NCBI GenBank assembly: GCA_946639185.1
Contig: CAMPBR010000004.1
Coordinates: 1-44,240, forward strand
DNA from: an uncultured Mycoplasmatota bacterium
GTDB taxonomy: Bacteria > Bacillota_I > Bacilli_A > RF39 > UBA660
Length of the DNA stretch: 44,240 bases
Reading direction: 5' to 3'
Below the pieces are notes generated by a model. It saw only the letters and a list, made by a program, of their open reading frames with translations, made no database searches and was not told the DNA's origin. This document shows positions 42,077-44,240 of this stretch, piece after piece. Each line of letters starts with the position of its first letter. The first letter of the stretch is position 1. The position numbers and the translations under genes were made by a program.

Positions 42077-42329
42077 AAAGCAGGGTTAAAAATCCTGCTT
42101 TTTATGATATAATTTTAATAGTGTTAAAAGGAGTTGATCCAAATGAATGATAATAAAACTAGTATAAATTGGTTGGTGTTTATTTAGTCTAGCCATTCGT
42201 GAAACTCCTATAAAATAAGGAAAAACAAGTATATGCTTATTGCATAATTTGATGAAAATATATAAAATAATGATAAAAATAACTAAAAAAGTATTAAAAA
42301 CAGCATAGTATTTGATACTTGGTATTGAC
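42074..42329 (+). repeat. Array repeat copy 5 (terminator, promoter, mini-ORF 42143-42187, long arm)
   Basis: AAAAGCAGG..CCTGCTTTT-TATGATATAAT; core; long arm closely similar to copy 4. Confidence 0.92.
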
Positions 42330-42360
42330 TGTCAAATACTTAAAAAAAGAGGTAATATTT

Positions 42361-43029
42361 ATGGAAGAAAGTTTATTAATAAAAAAACTAGAACAAAATA
42401 CAAAAGAAAGATATGGGATAAAAAATGTTAGTTATGAAGGATTAAGCAAAGAAGCCGTTAATGAGATAATGCTTGGAATAGAGTGTGTATATGAAAAATA
42501 TCCACTAATATTTCCAAAAATTGATGCTATTGGAAGTGAGAAATATATTAAAGGTTATTTAATGAATCTTGGTTATAATGTAGAAAGTTCAATCGAAAAA
42601 GCAAATATTTCAAAAAGAGATGCAATGGCATGTATAGCTGGCCAAAAAACTTTATTTTCAATTTTTAATTTGAAAGGTTATGAATTTATAACAATAGCAT
42701 TTGGACCTAATCTTGATAGATTTATTAATCCCGAAACAGATCATGAATATGGTGATATGCTTAAACTTAAGTCTATTACCACCCATGAATTAGGACATGT
42801 ACTTTGCAATTTGTTGTTTTTAAATAATGATGCTTCTTTAAAAAGAGAGTTAATAAGTATAGATCCTACTAAAGCAAAGCTATATGAAAATAGTTTAGAT
42901 GAAGCAGTTGCTTATTCTTTTCAAGCATATATGTGCGGAATAGAAAATGATCTTATAAACACTGTTGTTTCAAAAATAAACGAAAAATATGCTGAATTAG
43001 AATTGAAAGAAAATAAAAGACACAAATAA
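42361..43029 (+). CDS. Putative zincin metallopeptidase-like protein
   Basis: THELGH and downstream EAVAYSF; GAGG RBS before ATG 42361. Confidence 0.6.
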   Translation: MEESLLIKKLEQNTKERYGIKNVSYEGLSKEAVNEIMLGIECVYEKYPLIFPKIDAIGSEKYIKGYLMNLGYNVESSIEKANISKRDAMACIAGQKTLFSIFNLKGYEFITIAFGPNLDRFINPETDHEYGDMLKLKSITTHELGHVLCNLLFLNNDASLKRELISIDPTKAKLYENSLDEAVAYSFQAYMCGIENDLINTVVSKINEKYAELELKENKRHK

Positions 43030-43290
43030 TACTTAATTAAAGTAGGAGTAAAATCCTACTTTTTATGTTATAATTATATTGATTTAAAGGAGTTGATCCA
43101 AATGAATGATAATAAAACTAATATAAATTGGTTGATAGGAAATTATGCAATATATTTTAAAAAAACCCATAAAATAGGGGTAAAATAGACATTAAGTAAT
43201 TACATTTTTTTAGTAAAAATTACATCAAATAGCGAAAAATATACAAAAATACCCTAAAAATGGCTAAGTATTTAAAGGGTGGTGATTGGA
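43027..43290 (+). repeat. Array repeat copy 6 (terminator, promoter, MNDNKTNINW from 43102, divergent long arm)
   Basis: Left part near-identical to copy 2 from the stop codon onward; arm diverges after TGGTTGATA but keeps CCCATAAAATAGGG and a terminal hairpin plus TGGT. Confidence 0.88.
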
Positions 43291-43318
43291 CGCAACACTT
43301 GATGGAAGAGGCGGTAAA

Positions 43319-43957
43319 ATGAAGAAAAAACTAAAAAGTACATTTTCAGATTCATTACGTTTATCAGATGATGTTATAGAAAGACGTTGTATTTGTCTAT
43401 ATCATGGTATAAGATTTGATGCTATTAATAGATTAGAATCTATTTTTCAAACTGGTTATATATTACCAAGTAATAAAGTTAAAAGGGATTTTGTATCATA
43501 TGATGGAACTTTTAAATATTTATATATAGATAATGATAGTGATGAAAATTGTAATATGGGAAAATATGTAAGTGTAATGCCATATGAGGATGATTTAGAA
43601 TTTAAAGTGTTTGTTAGAGAAAATTTATTTTTTGCTATTAAAGGGACAATAAAAGCCTTTGAAACTACACACGTTTCTTATGATGAATATTGTGATATAA
43701 AAAATAAAGATGAATGTGATGATTATTATAGTTATGCTTTTAATGAATATTTTGTTGAAAATGGTATATCCTTAGATGATGTTATTTATATTGGAATAGA
43801 TTCTAGCTACTTTAATGGTAATTATGATAAAATAGTTGAAGATGTTATTAATTTAATTAATGTCTATGAAATAGATATACCTTTCGTTGATGAAAGAACA
43901 AATAGTGAAATTTATAGATTAAATAGTAAAGAATTAATTAAAAATAAAAGGAGTTGA
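43319..43957 (+). CDS. Hypothetical protein with ADP-ribosyltransferase-like motif pattern
   Basis: LYHGI...LESIFQTGYILP...YVSV...NEYFV. Confidence 0.45.
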   Translation: MKKKLKSTFSDSLRLSDDVIERRCICLYHGIRFDAINRLESIFQTGYILPSNKVKRDFVSYDGTFKYLYIDNDSDENCNMGKYVSVMPYEDDLEFKVFVRENLFFAIKGTIKAFETTHVSYDEYCDIKNKDECDDYYSYAFNEYFVENGISLDDVIYIGIDSSYFNGNYDKIVEDVINLINVYEIDIPFVDERTNSEIYRLNSKELIKNKRS

Positions 43958-44165
43958 TCCAAATGAATGAAAATAAAACTAATATAAATTGGTTGGTGTT
44001 GATTTAGTCTAGCCATTCATGAAACTCCTATAAAATAAGGGTAAAGTGAAAAATAGATCTTGCATATTCACACTAAAATATATATAAAATTAATGAAAAT
44101 TAGTGAAAATAATATGATTTTAAGTAAAAATTGTTTAGGAATTGATATGGTGAGAACGGCTAGTC
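43945..44165 (+). repeat. Array repeat copy 7 (RBS, mini-ORF 43963-44007, hybrid long arm)
   Basis: Matches copies 4/5 through CCTATAAAATAAGG, then diverges. Confidence 0.9.
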
Positions 44166-44194
44166 AAGACAAATAAAAAATAGGGGATGAATAT

Positions 44195-44240
44195 ATGTCT
44201 TTGCAAGAAATACTATTAACAGATGATATAGTTAAATCTA
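44195..44240 (+). CDS. Start of next cargo gene (truncated by window end; possibly HD-domain protein)
   Basis: AGGGGA RBS, ATG, open frame MSLQEILLTDDIVKS; family guess from memory only. Confidence 0.5.
   Translation, partial: MSLQEILLTDDIVKS

Noticed and set aside
39363-44165. CRISPR array interpretation of the repeats
   Set aside because: The intervening segments are whole genes of about 0.5-1.7 kb, the repeats are long and contain a promoter/RBS, and no cas genes are present.
39363-44165. Classical integron attC sites or IS/MITE copies
   Set aside because: No consistent RYYYAAC...GTTRRRY ends, no intI or transposase, and no clear terminal inverted repeats with variable target duplications; half of the repeat looks like a host gene start.

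Overview
Very AT-rich Bacilli chromosome segment (genetic code 11; gene style suggests a reduced-genome gut lineage such as RF39, which is an inference). The left ~23.5 kb is mostly housekeeping: addA, an AI-2E transporter, an Ala T-box leading a kinase-alaS-holA operon, a MacB-like ABC fusion, a class B PBP, tRNA-Arg(TCT), sspI, a TrmH methylase, rimM-trmD-rplS and two lepB genes. It is followed by a c-di-GMP-I riboswitch controlling a large surface protein, yvcK, a MATE fusion, a GNAT, orphans and an ABC-2 operon whose ATPase has a premature stop. The most striking feature is at ~37.5-44.2 kb: unrelated single cargo genes (M3 peptidase, acyltransferase, NUDIX, nucleotidyltransferase, zincin, ART-like, HD-like) separated by at least 7 copies of a repeat. 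The repeat looks like the promoter, RBS and first ~10 codons of the essential GTPase gene rbgA/ylqF (MNENKTNINW; the oldest copy reads NKTVINWYPKQM), broken at the same TGGT and joined to a conserved, inverted-repeat-rich att-like arm. This suggests an integron-like cassette array that grows by repeated site-specific insertion into the 5' end of rbgA, each cassette bringing a replacement gene start. No recombinase and no intact rbgA are in the window.
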